64,000 nucleotides of DNA from positions 124,001 through 188,000 of the IMG/VR virus record IMGVR_UViG_3300010885_076238; one strand, written 5' to 3'. Position 1 is the first letter of the stretch. Each line of letters begins with the position of its first letter. The position numbers and the translations under genes were made by a program. Under the pieces are notes generated by a model. The model did no database searches, was not told where the DNA came from, and saw only the letters and a program-made list of their open reading frames with translations. Positions 9,617 through 20,313 of this stretch are shown piece after piece.

Positions 9617-10036
9617 ATGAAACTTGAAAAAGAATTAAAAAGTAGGCTGAACTATCTGTTTGATATTTTTGAAAGAAATAATATCTTAGAGGTGCAAATT
9701 AATTTTTATGGCAGTGGTGATGATGGCAACATGGAGGTAGGTCATGCTTTACTGAATCCTCCTCCTGGGCCTCCTTCTGAGTTTAAGTTCGCAGATGATG
9801 TTATTTGGGATGAGCCTACAATTTTTAATGATCCACGTTATCCACCCTCAGAAAATGTATTAATTAATTTGGGTGATCTTGTTCGTGAAGTAAGCAATGA
9901 TCTTCTTGATAAAAAAGGAATTGACTACGTCAACGGAAATGGGAATGAAGGCAGCATTACTTACACGGTGAAAGGCAAAGATGTGAGTATGGCTTATTTG
10001 GTGACAGAAGATGCCGAGTATAATTTCAGCGTATAA
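9617..10036 (+). CDS. DUF6878-like protein
   Basis: FYGSGDDG motif; adjacent to a DUF6915-like gene. Confidence 0.6.
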   Translation: MKLEKELKSRLNYLFDIFERNNILEVQINFYGSGDDGNMEVGHALLNPPPGPPSEFKFADDVIWDEPTIFNDPRYPPSENVLINLGDLVREVSNDLLDKKGIDYVNGNGNEGSITYTVKGKDVSMAYLVTEDAEYNFSV

Positions 10037-10078
10037 AATAAAAAATTAATAGCCTCGTTATGTGGTTAGGAGACAAAA

Positions 10079-10501
10079 ATGGCTAACCCTTATCATCATT
10101 CTGTTAGTAGTGCCAAGAAGTGGGGCGGGGTTCCAGAGGACTACCAAGCGGTTCATGATTGGTTTGACGAGAGCAAGATGATGATGGCGGATTTCCGGCA
10201 TAGGGCTTTGAGGCATCATGCTGAAGGCATTTTCATGTGCGAAAGGATTTTTGGTCATACGATTACGATTTCGACAGGGCGCGTGGTTCCTGTTCGTTGG
10301 ATTGGTGAGCAGCATGTGAAGGAAGATTGTGGATTTATTCCTTCGATGCAGGATTGGTTTCAGCACATCAAGCCTCAGAAGTGGATGGGAGAGCCGCCTG
10401 TCAAGTTGGAGAAGTTGCTTGACAAGATGGACTTGGACTCAGAAGGTACAGAGGAAGAGAAGTGGGAGCGTCATGTTGGAGAGAAGTTGGTGAAGCATTG
10501 A
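10079..10501 (+). CDS. DUF6915-like protein
   Basis: ANPYHHSVSSAKKWGG, HDWFDESK, RHRALRHH, EQHVKED. Confidence 0.75.
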   Translation: MANPYHHSVSSAKKWGGVPEDYQAVHDWFDESKMMMADFRHRALRHHAEGIFMCERIFGHTITISTGRVVPVRWIGEQHVKEDCGFIPSMQDWFQHIKPQKWMGEPPVKLEKLLDKMDLDSEGTEEEKWERHVGEKLVKH

Positions 10502-10776
10502 AACGCTCTGATTACGAAATTGTGCGGATTGAAGATGACCGAGTTTTCATTGTTGACCTTGATCTGGGCAATGCAAGTGTAACCAATGATGCAGAAGAAG
10601 TTTTTAAGGAAATTAAACTTCATTTTCCCGGCAGGCGATTAATTTATCGAGATACTTTGTTTAATTGGGATGAAATTATTGAAGATACTCATTGGATAAA
10701 TTATATCCGTTATTTTGAGCACGTTCCGTCTGTTGATGAAATTAAAAAAATTCCAAGTTCTAGCTGGATACGGTAG
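10462..10776 (+). CDS. hypothetical protein (start uncertain)
   Basis: SVTNDAE...RLIYRDT motif. Confidence 0.6.
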   Translation: MGASCWREVGEALKRSDYEIVRIEDDRVFIVDLDLGNASVTNDAEEVFKEIKLHFPGRRLIYRDTLFNWDEIIEDTHWINYIRYFEHVPSVDEIKKIPSSSWIR

Positions 10777-10831
10777 GTTTACAGAAGATTTTTTTCGACT
10801 ATAATCACAATAACCCAAGGAGGATTTAATT

Positions 10832-10984
10832 ATGGCAGGTACGCAAGTCGGTTGTATTTCGGTCGGTGGTAACATCAATGTGCAGGCTTTTATTGACAAG
10901 GCAAAGGCTGACAAGTACGTTGTTGAGAGCGAGCAAGTGGGCAGTGATGGTCGCAAGTATATCGCAATTTGCAAGGCAGGGTAA
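10832..10984 (+). CDS. 50-aa hypothetical protein (not in ORF track)
   Basis: AAGGAGG RBS and TTTACA-16-TATAAT promoter. Confidence 0.7.
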   Translation: MAGTQVGCISVGGNINVQAFIDKAKADKYVVESEQVGSDGRKYIAICKAG

Positions 10985-10993
10985 AAATGGGGA

Positions 10994-11021
10994 TTGACAT
11001 CCGAAAGCAAGACGGTATAAT
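10994..11021 (+). promoter_or_regulatory. sigma70-like promoter TTGACA-N16-TATAAT
   Basis: Exact consensus hexamers. Confidence 0.75.
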
Positions 11022-11061
11022 TTGATGGTCAAGCAGTTCATCCGCGCCAACGAGGGATAAA

Positions 11062-12063
11062 ATGAATGTATCAGAAGAAGATATGAGCAATTTGGTGGAG
11101 ATTATCGGAAAAGACCCTGATTTTGTGGATCAGTATCTTGGAGATAATAACAATAATGCTTTTTTTACAGTTACTCAGTGTGCCAAAGCATTGGGAATCA
11201 CGAGCGGCACTGTTTTGTACCGAATCAAAGTGGGTGGCTTGAAGGCCGAACGTGACAATCATGGTTATTGGATGGTCAGTGCCAAAGACCTCCGTGACCA
11301 CATCAAGAATGGTGGGACGCAGAAGCGTTTTGCCAGCACGAAAAGATCGAAACCCGAAACAAAAGGAGAGATTCAGATCATGAGAAAGGGTTCCTACAGG
11401 TACGACAGAAGCACCAGCCAGAATGTTCTCGATTTCCTGCATCATTGGGAGAAATCGAACACTGTTGGGTTTTCCACGACAACTTTGACGAACGATTTCA
11501 ACAAAGTGTGTGCCACGGAAACAACCCACGGGCAGATGAGCGGAATTCTTTCCACCTTGAGCAAGAAGAAAATTCTTGTACGCAAGGGCAGGGGAATTTA
11601 TTGCTTGCATGAAGGTTTTATTTCCAAGCCTTCCAACATTACCGAAGCTCCCCAGAATACCCAGATTCACATTCCGCTTGTTGAAGTCGAAGAAGAAGAC
11701 ACGACTTTCGACAAGGAAGAATTGAAGACAGAGGAAAGACACTTGATCGACAAGTATCTGGCACGATACGCCGATCCTACGGAAGACTTCGTTTTCAGCA
11801 TTTCTGACTTGGCAGAGGCTTACCCTACCATTGATCGGAAGAAGATCGGCAAGGCTGTCAACAACATGTACCAGAATGACAAGTTGCAGAAGGGCAAGGA
11901 GCTTGGTGAGTATGTGAAGAAGGCGACCATGAAGGCAAAGCCTGTGGAGACTTCAAGAACAGACGCTCCAAAACCCACCCTTGGAAGTAACCTTGAAGAT
12001 GTTCTTCGCCTGAACATTTCGGACGAACTCAAGGCGAAGATCATCAAGGAGATGATGGCGTAA
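11062..12063 (+). CDS. excisionase-type HTH plus winged-helix-like DNA-binding protein
   Basis: FTVTQCAKALGITSGTVLYRIKVGGLKA; LVRKGRGIY. Confidence 0.7.
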   Translation: MNVSEEDMSNLVEIIGKDPDFVDQYLGDNNNNAFFTVTQCAKALGITSGTVLYRIKVGGLKAERDNHGYWMVSAKDLRDHIKNGGTQKRFASTKRSKPETKGEIQIMRKGSYRYDRSTSQNVLDFLHHWEKSNTVGFSTTTLTNDFNKVCATETTHGQMSGILSTLSKKKILVRKGRGIYCLHEGFISKPSNITEAPQNTQIHIPLVEVEEEDTTFDKEELKTEERHLIDKYLARYADPTEDFVFSISDLAEAYPTIDRKKIGKAVNNMYQNDKLQKGKELGEYVKKATMKAKPVETSRTDAPKPTLGSNLEDVLRLNISDELKAKIIKEMMA

Positions 12064-12757
12064 TGGGATTCGTTTGGTCGGAAATCAAAAAGTGGGCCAA
12101 GGCTAACAGCATGGAGCCAACCAAGTCCAAGGATGGACTGTACCACTTTGATGGCAATTCCTACAAGGACATTGAATCGTTGACCACTTCTCTTTTCAAT
12201 AAATTAACTAATAATAAATGGAAAGAGTATCAGGATAATTTCGTGAAAGATTAAATTTTTACCCATGAGGAATTTATGACCACAGTCAAGTTGACACCCA
12301 AGCAAGTTAGTTTTCTGGTTCGTTTGTATAACGAACAGCCGTTGGGAAACGATAAGCTGGCGTATAGCCCAGAGTTCAATAAGATGGTAAGATCATTCCA
12401 AAAGACCTTTGGAAGTTCTTATAAGCATCGTATCCTGTATAACACCCTTGTGAATTTGCGAAAAGCTAAGAAGTTGTTGCGCAAAACCAAGAGTAAAATT
12501 TAATTATGAAGAAAATTGCTGAGAAAGTTATTGAGGTTGTTGATGATGTGACCTGTGACGTTTGCGGCAAAAGCTGCAAAGACCACATGGACAACATGGA
12601 GCAGGCAACCCTGTCAGCTTACTGGGGATATTCTTCAAAAAAAGACGGGCAAAATTATGAAGTAGATATTTGTGAAAATTGTTTTGATAAAACTTTAGAA
12701 TTTTTATCTAAATTAAAAGGTTCAACTATCAAACCGATTGTTGAAAATAATATTTAA
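12063..12757 (+). other. three small hypothetical CDS (12063-12254, 12276-12503, 12506-12757)
   Basis: Tightly packed ORFs; the last has two CxxC pairs. Confidence 0.6.
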
Positions 12758-12804
12758 ATTAAATCGTTGTGTTTATAGAACGCTTCTGATATAATGATAA
12801 TGAC

Positions 12805-12876
12805 GGGGCCATAGTTAAATGGATATAACAGCTGCCTTCTAAGCAGCGGTTAGAGGTTCGATTCCTCTTGGCCCTA
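12805..12876 (+). tRNA. trnR: tRNA-Arg(UCU)
   Basis: GCTGC-CTTCTAA-GCAGC; cloverleaf. Confidence 0.95.
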
Positions 12877-13034
12877 CTTGCACAAATTTCAAACCTAATT
12901 AAAAATAACTCAATTATTTTTAATTATCTAAAAATAATAGTTTGAATATTTAAAAATAAGTCTTTGCAACACCTGATGTTTATTCTACTTCTGGGCGCCT
13001 TAAAATAATTTTTATTCAGTCCCGTTATACACTT

Positions 13035-13919
13035 ATGAAAACATTTGACGTATACTCTGGGATGATTCGTATTTCTGATCCTTGCTTTGACGCTGGTGCG
13101 GCTAAGGTTCTAACTCTAAAGGCCAAGAAGGGTCGATGGGTTGCTGAAGTAGAAAAGGAAGAAAAAGTCGCCCAGGATATAATTAAAACTTTAGTTGCTT
13201 ATTTTGATGAAAAGCAAACTGAACTTGCTGGACTTACCGACATTGGCGGTGATTACAACAAGGCTCTATCTATGATGTTAGGCAGACAGCCAGAACAAAT
13301 TACTCAACAAGAACTTGTTGCGACTATTGAATCTGGGCAGATTGGCATTTTTGATAATAAATCTTTTGGTGATAATAAGATTGCCGTCAATGTCGCCAGA
13401 CTTTCTGAAAAAATTATTTGCGAAGATCAACCTTGGTATAGCATTTGCTGTGACAGAGTTTTGAGTGAAGACCAGTGGGGTTCCTTGCCTAATGGCTGCG
13501 TTACTTCATCTACTGTCGATGGAGATGTTGCGGTTTCAACTCATACCAACGCCTGTGGCGAAGTAGTAAAAGTTGAAATTAATTTTGAAAAAAAAGTTGA
13601 ATCTTCTATTCCTTCTCCTTATGACGAGGACGAGGAAGAGGAATGGGAAGAGGATGAAGAGTGTGACTGCGAAATGTGCAGGGGAGAGGTAGACGACGAG
13701 GATGATGATGACGATGATGATGACGAAGAAGAGGAAGAGGAAGAGGAAGACGATGAAGAATGGGAAGAAATAGAGGAAGAAGAGGAAGAGGAAGAAGAAG
13801 TAGACGAGGACGATGATGATGAGTGGGAAGATGAAGAAGACGAGGACGATGATGATGAGTGGGAAGATTGCGAAGACGAGGATGAAGAAGAGGATGAACT
13901 TGCAAATCCAGAACGATGA
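13035..13919 (+). CDS. protein with about 100-aa D/E tail (ISDPC N-terminal domain)
   Basis: Leaderless start; IRISDPC, IESGQIGIFD; acidic repeats with interspersed W. Confidence 0.8.
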   Translation: MKTFDVYSGMIRISDPCFDAGAAKVLTLKAKKGRWVAEVEKEEKVAQDIIKTLVAYFDEKQTELAGLTDIGGDYNKALSMMLGRQPEQITQQELVATIESGQIGIFDNKSFGDNKIAVNVARLSEKIICEDQPWYSICCDRVLSEDQWGSLPNGCVTSSTVDGDVAVSTHTNACGEVVKVEINFEKKVESSIPSPYDEDEEEEWEEDEECDCEMCRGEVDDEDDDDDDDDEEEEEEEEDDEEWEEIEEEEEEEEEVDEDDDDEWEDEEDEDDDDEWEDCEDEDEEEDELANPER

Positions 13920-14019
13920 AAATAATAAAATCTAGTCTATAAAATAAAAATTTCAACTGACCGTTATCCCTATACGAACGATACAACGAACAACGAACTA
14001 AGAAAGAAAGGTTTTTACT

Positions 14020-14937
14020 ATGATTGCTGACATGGAGCGTGGCGTTTTTGTTCCCGAGATCAATGACACCTACTACATCACCCCCGACATTTCCTCGCTG
14101 TTTCGGCGTGTTTCCAAGCTGAGTGCGGGCAAGACGCAGAAGATTCTTCTTCGCGGCCCTCACGGTGCTGGGAAGACTGAGATGGCGATGCAGTTTGCCG
14201 CCAGATTCAAAAAGCCCATGCTCATCATGGACTGTGCGAATCTCAAGGAGCCGCGTGATTGGTTCGGCTACAAGACGATTGAGGGTGGCGAAGTTGTTTG
14301 GCATGAGTCGCAGTTTGATAAGGTTGTCAGTGCTGGCAATCACGTTATTCTGCTTGACGAGGCCAATCGTGTTCATCCTTCTATTATGAACACTCTTCTT
14401 CCCATTCTCGACGGTCGAGGATTCACCTATCTGGAAGAGAAGGGTGGTTGCATCCAAGTTGGGCCGGGAACGGTTTTCTTTGCGACTATGAATGAGGGAG
14501 CGGCCTACACCGGCACTACTTCTACAGACGTTGCGTTGCGAGATCGACTTGGACAACGCATCGTTGAAGTTACTTATCTCCCGAAGGAGAAGGAAGTCGA
14601 TGTTCTGATCGCTAGAACGGGCATTGCGGAAAAGGCTGCGAAGGCTCTGGTGGACATTGCCAACCAGATTCGTAAGAAGAGTACGGGCCTTGGCAGTTCG
14701 TTCTCTGAGGGGTTCTCGACTCGACAGTTGATTGCCTGTGCCGAGGATTTCGTGGTCGATGGCGTGGAGAGTCTGACGTTCACCATGACCAATCTGTTTA
14801 GTGCTGAAGGTGGAACCAATAGCGAACGTGCTGCGGTTCTCCAACTTATTCAAGGTAAGTTTGGGGTTGTGGAGAGTGCTGAATCCAAGATCGACAAGAT
14901 GAGTGCGGCGGCTAAGAGAATCAAGGGCGCGGCCTGA
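14020..14937 (+). CDS. MoxR/CbbQ/CobS-like AAA+ ATPase
   Basis: GPHGAGKT, ILLDEANR, FFATMN, ALRDR, FSTRQL. Confidence 0.92.
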   Translation: MIADMERGVFVPEINDTYYITPDISSLFRRVSKLSAGKTQKILLRGPHGAGKTEMAMQFAARFKKPMLIMDCANLKEPRDWFGYKTIEGGEVVWHESQFDKVVSAGNHVILLDEANRVHPSIMNTLLPILDGRGFTYLEEKGGCIQVGPGTVFFATMNEGAAYTGTTSTDVALRDRLGQRIVEVTYLPKEKEVDVLIARTGIAEKAAKALVDIANQIRKKSTGLGSSFSEGFSTRQLIACAEDFVVDGVESLTFTMTNLFSAEGGTNSERAAVLQLIQGKFGVVESAESKIDKMSAAAKRIKGAA

Positions 14938-14982
14938 AAATAATAGTTAGCCTCAACCGTTATAGAAATAAGGAGACAAACC

Positions 14983-16986
14983 ATGTCAGATTACAAGCCT
15001 AGCGAATCGAAGAAGTGGTGGTGGGAAGATTACGATTATGACCATCGTGATTATTCCTACTCTAAGGGCAGCGGTTCACGCGGTTGGATGAGCAAGATCG
15101 GCGGCGACTCCGATGATTACTGGAAGCCTAAGAAGAACGTCAACGAGGTTTATCAAGACCTGTTGAACCAGTTGCAGAATAGCTCCAATATCATCGGCAG
15201 CGACGAGCTTGGTCAGATCGTTGTTCACTGGTCGGATGGGCAGAATGTAAATGATGTCAAGGCCGACAAGGCCGGTTGCCATAACATTTACCTTTCTCCT
15301 GACAATCTTCTTTCGACCAGTGGCAAGGGCAACGAAGTGTCGGAAGAGATTTTGGATGCGATGACCGGCAAGGTTTACTTGGCATCCACTCTTCGTGAGA
15401 CAGTCGATCCCAAGGCTTACGATCAGGCTAAGGCTGCTCGCGCGATAGTTGCTGACGCTAAGGCGAAGGGCAAGGGCAAGATCGATTCCAAGTCCAATGT
15501 TATCAGCAATGCTGTTACATTGTGGGAGTCTATCGAAACTTCAATCGCTCGTTCCAAGATCGTTGAAGATTGGGCTGGTTTCGGGCCTTACGTTGCCGGT
15601 GATGCCCAGCGTTCGTCTGCTAGTAAGCAGTCTGTTCAAGATTTTATCGATGCCAGTGTTGCAAAGCCTAGTGTCGATGCTGCGACTCTTGCTATCGCTT
15701 GGAATCTTCTCAACTCTAGTGATCCTGTTACTATTCCCGATTGTTACAATGGCTGCATCGACGCAGCGTCGGAAATGATGGAGGAAGAAATTCCTGCCGA
15801 GGATCGTTTTGAATCTTGCCGTGAACTTACTGATCGTATCCGTAAGATTCTCAAGACTAAGGAAATGGAAGGTTCCAGCGAAGGTGAACCCGATTCTGAG
15901 TCTGAGGGCGACGATCAAGACGGCGACGGTGGATCGCAGGGCGATAAGGATGGCGACGGCGACGGCTCGTCAGACAGTGATGATGATGACGGTACTGAAT
16001 GCGATGCTTCTGCAAAGCCGTCTGTGTGCGATGGTTCGCTTCTTGGCGAGACTGTTGACAATCGTACCGATGTCAACTTGAGTGAGCAGGAAGCGTCTGA
16101 AGAGGCTTCTAATTCTGATGAGGATAAGGCCGGAATTACTGCCGATGTACCAGATTCATTGTGCAATCTTGGCGAGAAGTATGACCTTATCAAGGTTGAT
16201 ATTCGCTCATCATTCAATGATGATTACAAGAAGATTGTTGCAGATCATCGCTCTGAAATTAGGTCGATCCGTTCCAGTCTGATGTTCCGTAATAATGTTA
16301 CTAAGATGGTTTCCTACGGGCATCGATCCGGCGACATTGATGAGAATAGTTTGTTCAAGATCAAGATGAATGATGATCGTGTTATGACTAAGGCCGATAG
16401 TGTTAGTAACAAGAAGATTGCCATCTGTCTTCTTGTTGATGAAAGTGGTTCTATGGGCTGCGATAATCGAGTCGAAGAGGCTTGTAACACGGCCATTGTC
16501 ATGGCAGAGAGTCTTCGTGGTATGGAAGGTATTTCGGTATCCATCTACGGCCACTCTGCGGAAGAGTCTCATAAGTATCGCAATGTTACATTGCGTGAGT
16601 ATTACTCTCCCCGACAGAATAATCTCGCTGCCTGTATGGAAATTAGTGCCCGCGCTCAGAACCATGATTCATATGCTATCCTGCATACTGCTAACATTTT
16701 CAATCGTGACTATCTCGACTATGATCGAAAGATTCTGTTCGTTATTAGTGACGGTGAACCGGCTGGCAGCGGCTATGGCGGCGCTCCTGCTAGGAAGCAT
16801 ATGCTGAACGTCAGTCAGGCTTGTGCTAAGAAGGGTGTTGAAGTGTATGGTGTTGGTGTAGCCAATGCTTTCACGCAGGCTGCTGGCGTGTCGATGTATG
16901 GCGATAATAAGTTCGTAGTTCTCAGCGACGTTCGTAGTTCGCTTGGAATTATGAGTCGGTTCATCCGCCAGATTGCGATGAAATAA
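14983..16986 (+). CDS. CobT/NorD-like vWA domain protein
   Basis: SGDID, LLVDESGSM, VISDGEP; acidic linker. Confidence 0.88.
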   Translation: MSDYKPSESKKWWWEDYDYDHRDYSYSKGSGSRGWMSKIGGDSDDYWKPKKNVNEVYQDLLNQLQNSSNIIGSDELGQIVVHWSDGQNVNDVKADKAGCHNIYLSPDNLLSTSGKGNEVSEEILDAMTGKVYLASTLRETVDPKAYDQAKAARAIVADAKAKGKGKIDSKSNVISNAVTLWESIETSIARSKIVEDWAGFGPYVAGDAQRSSASKQSVQDFIDASVAKPSVDAATLAIAWNLLNSSDPVTIPDCYNGCIDAASEMMEEEIPAEDRFESCRELTDRIRKILKTKEMEGSSEGEPDSESEGDDQDGDGGSQGDKDGDGDGSSDSDDDDGTECDASAKPSVCDGSLLGETVDNRTDVNLSEQEASEEASNSDEDKAGITADVPDSLCNLGEKYDLIKVDIRSSFNDDYKKIVADHRSEIRSIRSSLMFRNNVTKMVSYGHRSGDIDENSLFKIKMNDDRVMTKADSVSNKKIAICLLVDESGSMGCDNRVEEACNTAIVMAESLRGMEGISVSIYGHSAEESHKYRNVTLREYYSPRQNNLAACMEISARAQNHDSYAILHTANIFNRDYLDYDRKILFVISDGEPAGSGYGGAPARKHMLNVSQACAKKGVEVYGVGVANAFTQAAGVSMYGDNKFVVLSDVRSSLGIMSRFIRQIAMK

Positions 16987-17051
16987 AAGTTACCCCCAGG
17001 CGTTATCCAAATAGATCACTAACCCCTAGAATAGAAAGGAGAATAAAAAAA

Positions 17052-17321
17052 ATGACACGACTTGATACCAAGCAGTTTGCAGAAGTTCTGGATGTTTCAT
17101 ACGTGGTTGCTGCTGGTCTGGTGAAGCATCTTGTTTCCACCGGACAGGCTACCCTCGTTGAGAAGCGTAAGAGCGAGAAGACCGAAAAGAATCCTGCGGG
17201 TCTCGGAAAGCCCACTCGTATTTACGAGGTTGCTGACTCTGTGACTCTCAGTCTTCTGCCGCGTGAAGTTGCTACTGTTACCGTTGATGAGACCGTCGAT
17301 GCTGTTGCTGAAGCGGCCTAA
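17052..17321 (+). CDS. small winged-helix-like protein, paralog 1
   Basis: VSYVVAAG...GKPTRIYEV; paralogs at 25271 and 29296. Confidence 0.7.
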   Translation: MTRLDTKQFAEVLDVSYVVAAGLVKHLVSTGQATLVEKRKSEKTEKNPAGLGKPTRIYEVADSVTLSLLPREVATVTVDETVDAVAEAA

Positions 17322-17384
17322 CGTCACACCACCAAGAGAGGGGCGAGAAGTTCCAATACGATTCTCGCCCCTCTTCGATGGTGG

Positions 17385-17412
17385 TTGACAAATAAAGTTT
17401 CTGGACTATAAT
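17385..17412 (+). promoter_or_regulatory. sigma70-like promoter TTGACA-N16-TATAAT
   Basis: Exact consensus hexamers. Confidence 0.75.
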
Positions 17413-17524
17413 ATGAAAGTGTAGGTGCAATCTTTGTGTAGCTACGACAGTCAAGTAGAACTTAATATTAGTGGACATGAAAGCGGGTAAAACCGCCTAG
17501 TTAAGAAAAATATGGTGGGCATTC

Positions 17525-17565
17525 GGGGGAGGATAAATTAGTTTTTATCCTCCCCCTGCGTTTTT
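17525..17565 (+). terminator. intrinsic terminator
   Basis: GGGGGAGGATAAA/TTTATCCTCCCCC stem followed by a T-run. Confidence 0.75.
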
Positions 17566-17597
17566 AAATAAAAATAATTTCCATCCGTTATACTTCT

Positions 17598-18740
17598 ATG
17601 AACACAAGCACCATAAAAGAATACGAGCAGGCATTGATTGAGTGGATCGACACCCTCACGCTCAATGGCAAGTCTGGCCGAAGGGCCGTGTTCGTTGAGA
17701 GAAGCCTCAAGCGAAGGTACAAATTGACGGTGCAGAAGGCCGTTAGAATGTCCCCCAGTCAAATTCCAACCAACTGGTTCAAGGGCTTAGATGAGTTCAA
17801 GCTGCTCACACTGTGGCATCTGACAAACAATATCAGTCGAAAATTTAAGACTGAAATTCCAGAGCAGTTCAAATTCCGAAAACTTTTGGCGGAGCTGTAA
17901 AAGTTTTCGGAACAAACACCTGATGTTTATAGGCTACCAATAAATAAAAATTATTCTATTTCGTTATATGATTATGAGCGGCGTAGCAGATATTGAGTAT
18001 GTGGAATTTGTCGGAGTTTTAGCCAAGGGAATAGGCAAGAAGCATAAGCGTGATATAGTTTTGTCTTGCGATCTTACGGGTCTGTTGAATCGCCAAGGAA
18101 TAAGCGGCGGAAGCTGTTATCAAATTGTCACCAATGACAAAAAATTAATTCAAAAATCACGGGAAACTCTATCGGATTGTTGGATCGACAAAGACTTCAA
18201 GAAAAATTTACGATCCAACATCAAGAACCACCTCCCAGAGAAACTTTATAATTATCTGGTAATGAGGAGCTTGGATGAAGAAGCCAATCTAAAAGATTTG
18301 CTAAATTATAGTGGTTGGGAAGTTTTAGAGTTGTTGCTGGAGACTGTTAGTCACGAAAGCGATTTCCGCAAATTCTTCGTCAAGATAAGCAAGGATAATT
18401 TAGAAATAATTCCTGCCGATGGTCAAGACAAAGTTAGCATTTCTTGGTAATTATGCGATTATTAATTAGAAATCCCTACCGTATTAAAAATAATTTCAAG
18501 AACCTGTTTTGCAGGTATTGCCATATTTTTGGTCATAAATATTTTGAGTTCGAAATACTAAGGGATAATTATTATTTATTTGAAGCCGAAGCTAAGTGGA
18601 CAACCAAACGAGATCATGCAGGAATTAAAATAATAATTGGAATTTTTGGTTATGCCATTGGAGCAACCATTTACGATAATCGACATTGGGACACTAAAAA
18701 AAATTGTTGGATTGAATCGCCGCTGGTAAAACCAAAGTAG
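17598..18740 (+). other. three hypothetical CDS (17598-17900, 17974-18450, about 18453-18740)
   Basis: First two are leaderless after CGTTAT. Confidence 0.6.
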
Positions 18741-18905
18741 ACTCGGCGGGCCATAAACCCCCTAATGCGTACCTGAGCAGATCGCCTTCGTGGTGGATGG
18801 TGATACAGGTGCATTACAAAAGCCGAAATGTACCTAGTTGTCTGGTAATCAGTAGGGCTAAACCCCGAATGCCAGTCCCAAAAGGACAAGGGACAACCGG
18901 CGATT
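18715..18905 (+). ncRNA. candidate multi-stem structured RNA
   Basis: Closing AATCGCCG/CGGCGATT with several nested helices. Confidence 0.5.
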
Positions 18906-18951
18906 TTTTCTCTTGAAAATTAAAAATTTAACGCTATAATAATCATGTGAC

Positions 18952-19024
18952 GGCCCCATCTTCTAGAGGCCTAGGAAAGCGGACTTTCACTCCGCTAACA
19001 TGGGTTCGAATCCCATTGGGGTCA
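18952..19024 (+). tRNA. trnE: tRNA-Glu(UUC)
   Basis: GCGGA-CTTTCAC-TCCGC; cloverleaf. Confidence 0.95.
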
Positions 19025-19036
19025 CTATAATTCATC

Positions 19037-20280
19037 ATGCTCAATCACGAAGGCAAAGTTTTCAATCCTTACTCTTTCAAAGAGCTTACTGGTTGGGAAT
19101 TAGAGATTGTTGCTTTTTTAGATGATCAATATGATGCCAAAGCCAAGGATTATTTACTTGGAGACTTGAGTTGGGCAGATTACGTTCAGTCTAAAGAGCA
19201 AATCATATCGGACTTTTTTACAAAAAGGTACGGTAAAATTTATCTCGACCGTCTGCCTGATAATTTGAAAAATAAAATATTGGCTTATTCGTTATGAAAC
19301 TATGAAATCCGATATTGATCTTTTTTTGAAGCCAGTTTGTGAAGAATATAACAAAAACCAAAGTGAAATGTCATTAAAATTAATTTTGGATCTGGTCACT
19401 TGTTTGCCAAACAAAAAAGAACCGATATTTGATCCAAAGTTTGTTTTTCAACTTATTCATAAAGAATTGCACGAAGAACTAAAAAATAAAATATTGGCTT
19501 ATTCGTTATGAAATATGAAACAAGTACGAACATTAGAGACTGGCTGCCTACTTGGCTTAAGTATGACAAAGTAGAAAATATAAAATTCTATAACGGAATT
19601 CCAGCAGTAGAATTTGTGAATGAACTTCTTGATTGGGTAGATAATTCCAAGCTGGGCGATCTTAGAAAGAAAAAATACACACACTTCATCATATATCATG
19701 CAGTTCAAGCCCTAACCAGAGAAGTGAAAAATCTCCAGATAGCTTATAAAGAATTAGTTGATTACATTAATTGGCTAAGTAAGAAGCTTAAGAAACCTCT
19801 TCCCGAAAATGCTCGTAATCAAGTAATCGCATATAGCCTGTAGTCATGTTATACTGTGTAACATGATTGAATTCATATTTTCTTGTTTTTGTATTATTAT
19901 TTGCGGAATTTCTGGCTATTTAATTGGCGAATTTATTAAATTAAACACCTGATGTTTATCTGAGTCTGACCTGTCCGCTAATATACAAAAATAATAAAAA
20001 AGCCAATTCGTTATGAATTATGGCAAATACTTCCGTTCTTGAAGAGTTGAAGAAGTTCATTCCCTACGCTGTGCAAAACAGTGTTAGAAGGAAAGAGCGC
20101 CAAGGATCTGAGCAGTGGATGAAAGAGTTTGACGAGCAATTAATTAATATGTATTTGACCGGAGTGAAGAAGCGTAAGAGCGATAAGGCTCTATGCGAAT
20201 ATGCCAAGTTGATTGCTACTGCAAATGGCGTTGAACTTCCTGACAACATTAAATATTTTCTAATTTTATTGAACATATAA
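19037..20280 (+). other. four small CDS with related C-termini (19037-19297, 19302-19511, 19508-19843, 20020-20280)
   Basis: LP(D/E)xxxN...AYSL-type tails. Confidence 0.7.
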
Positions 20281-20313
20281 AATAAAAATTAGTGTCGTTC
20301 GTTATGACATTAT

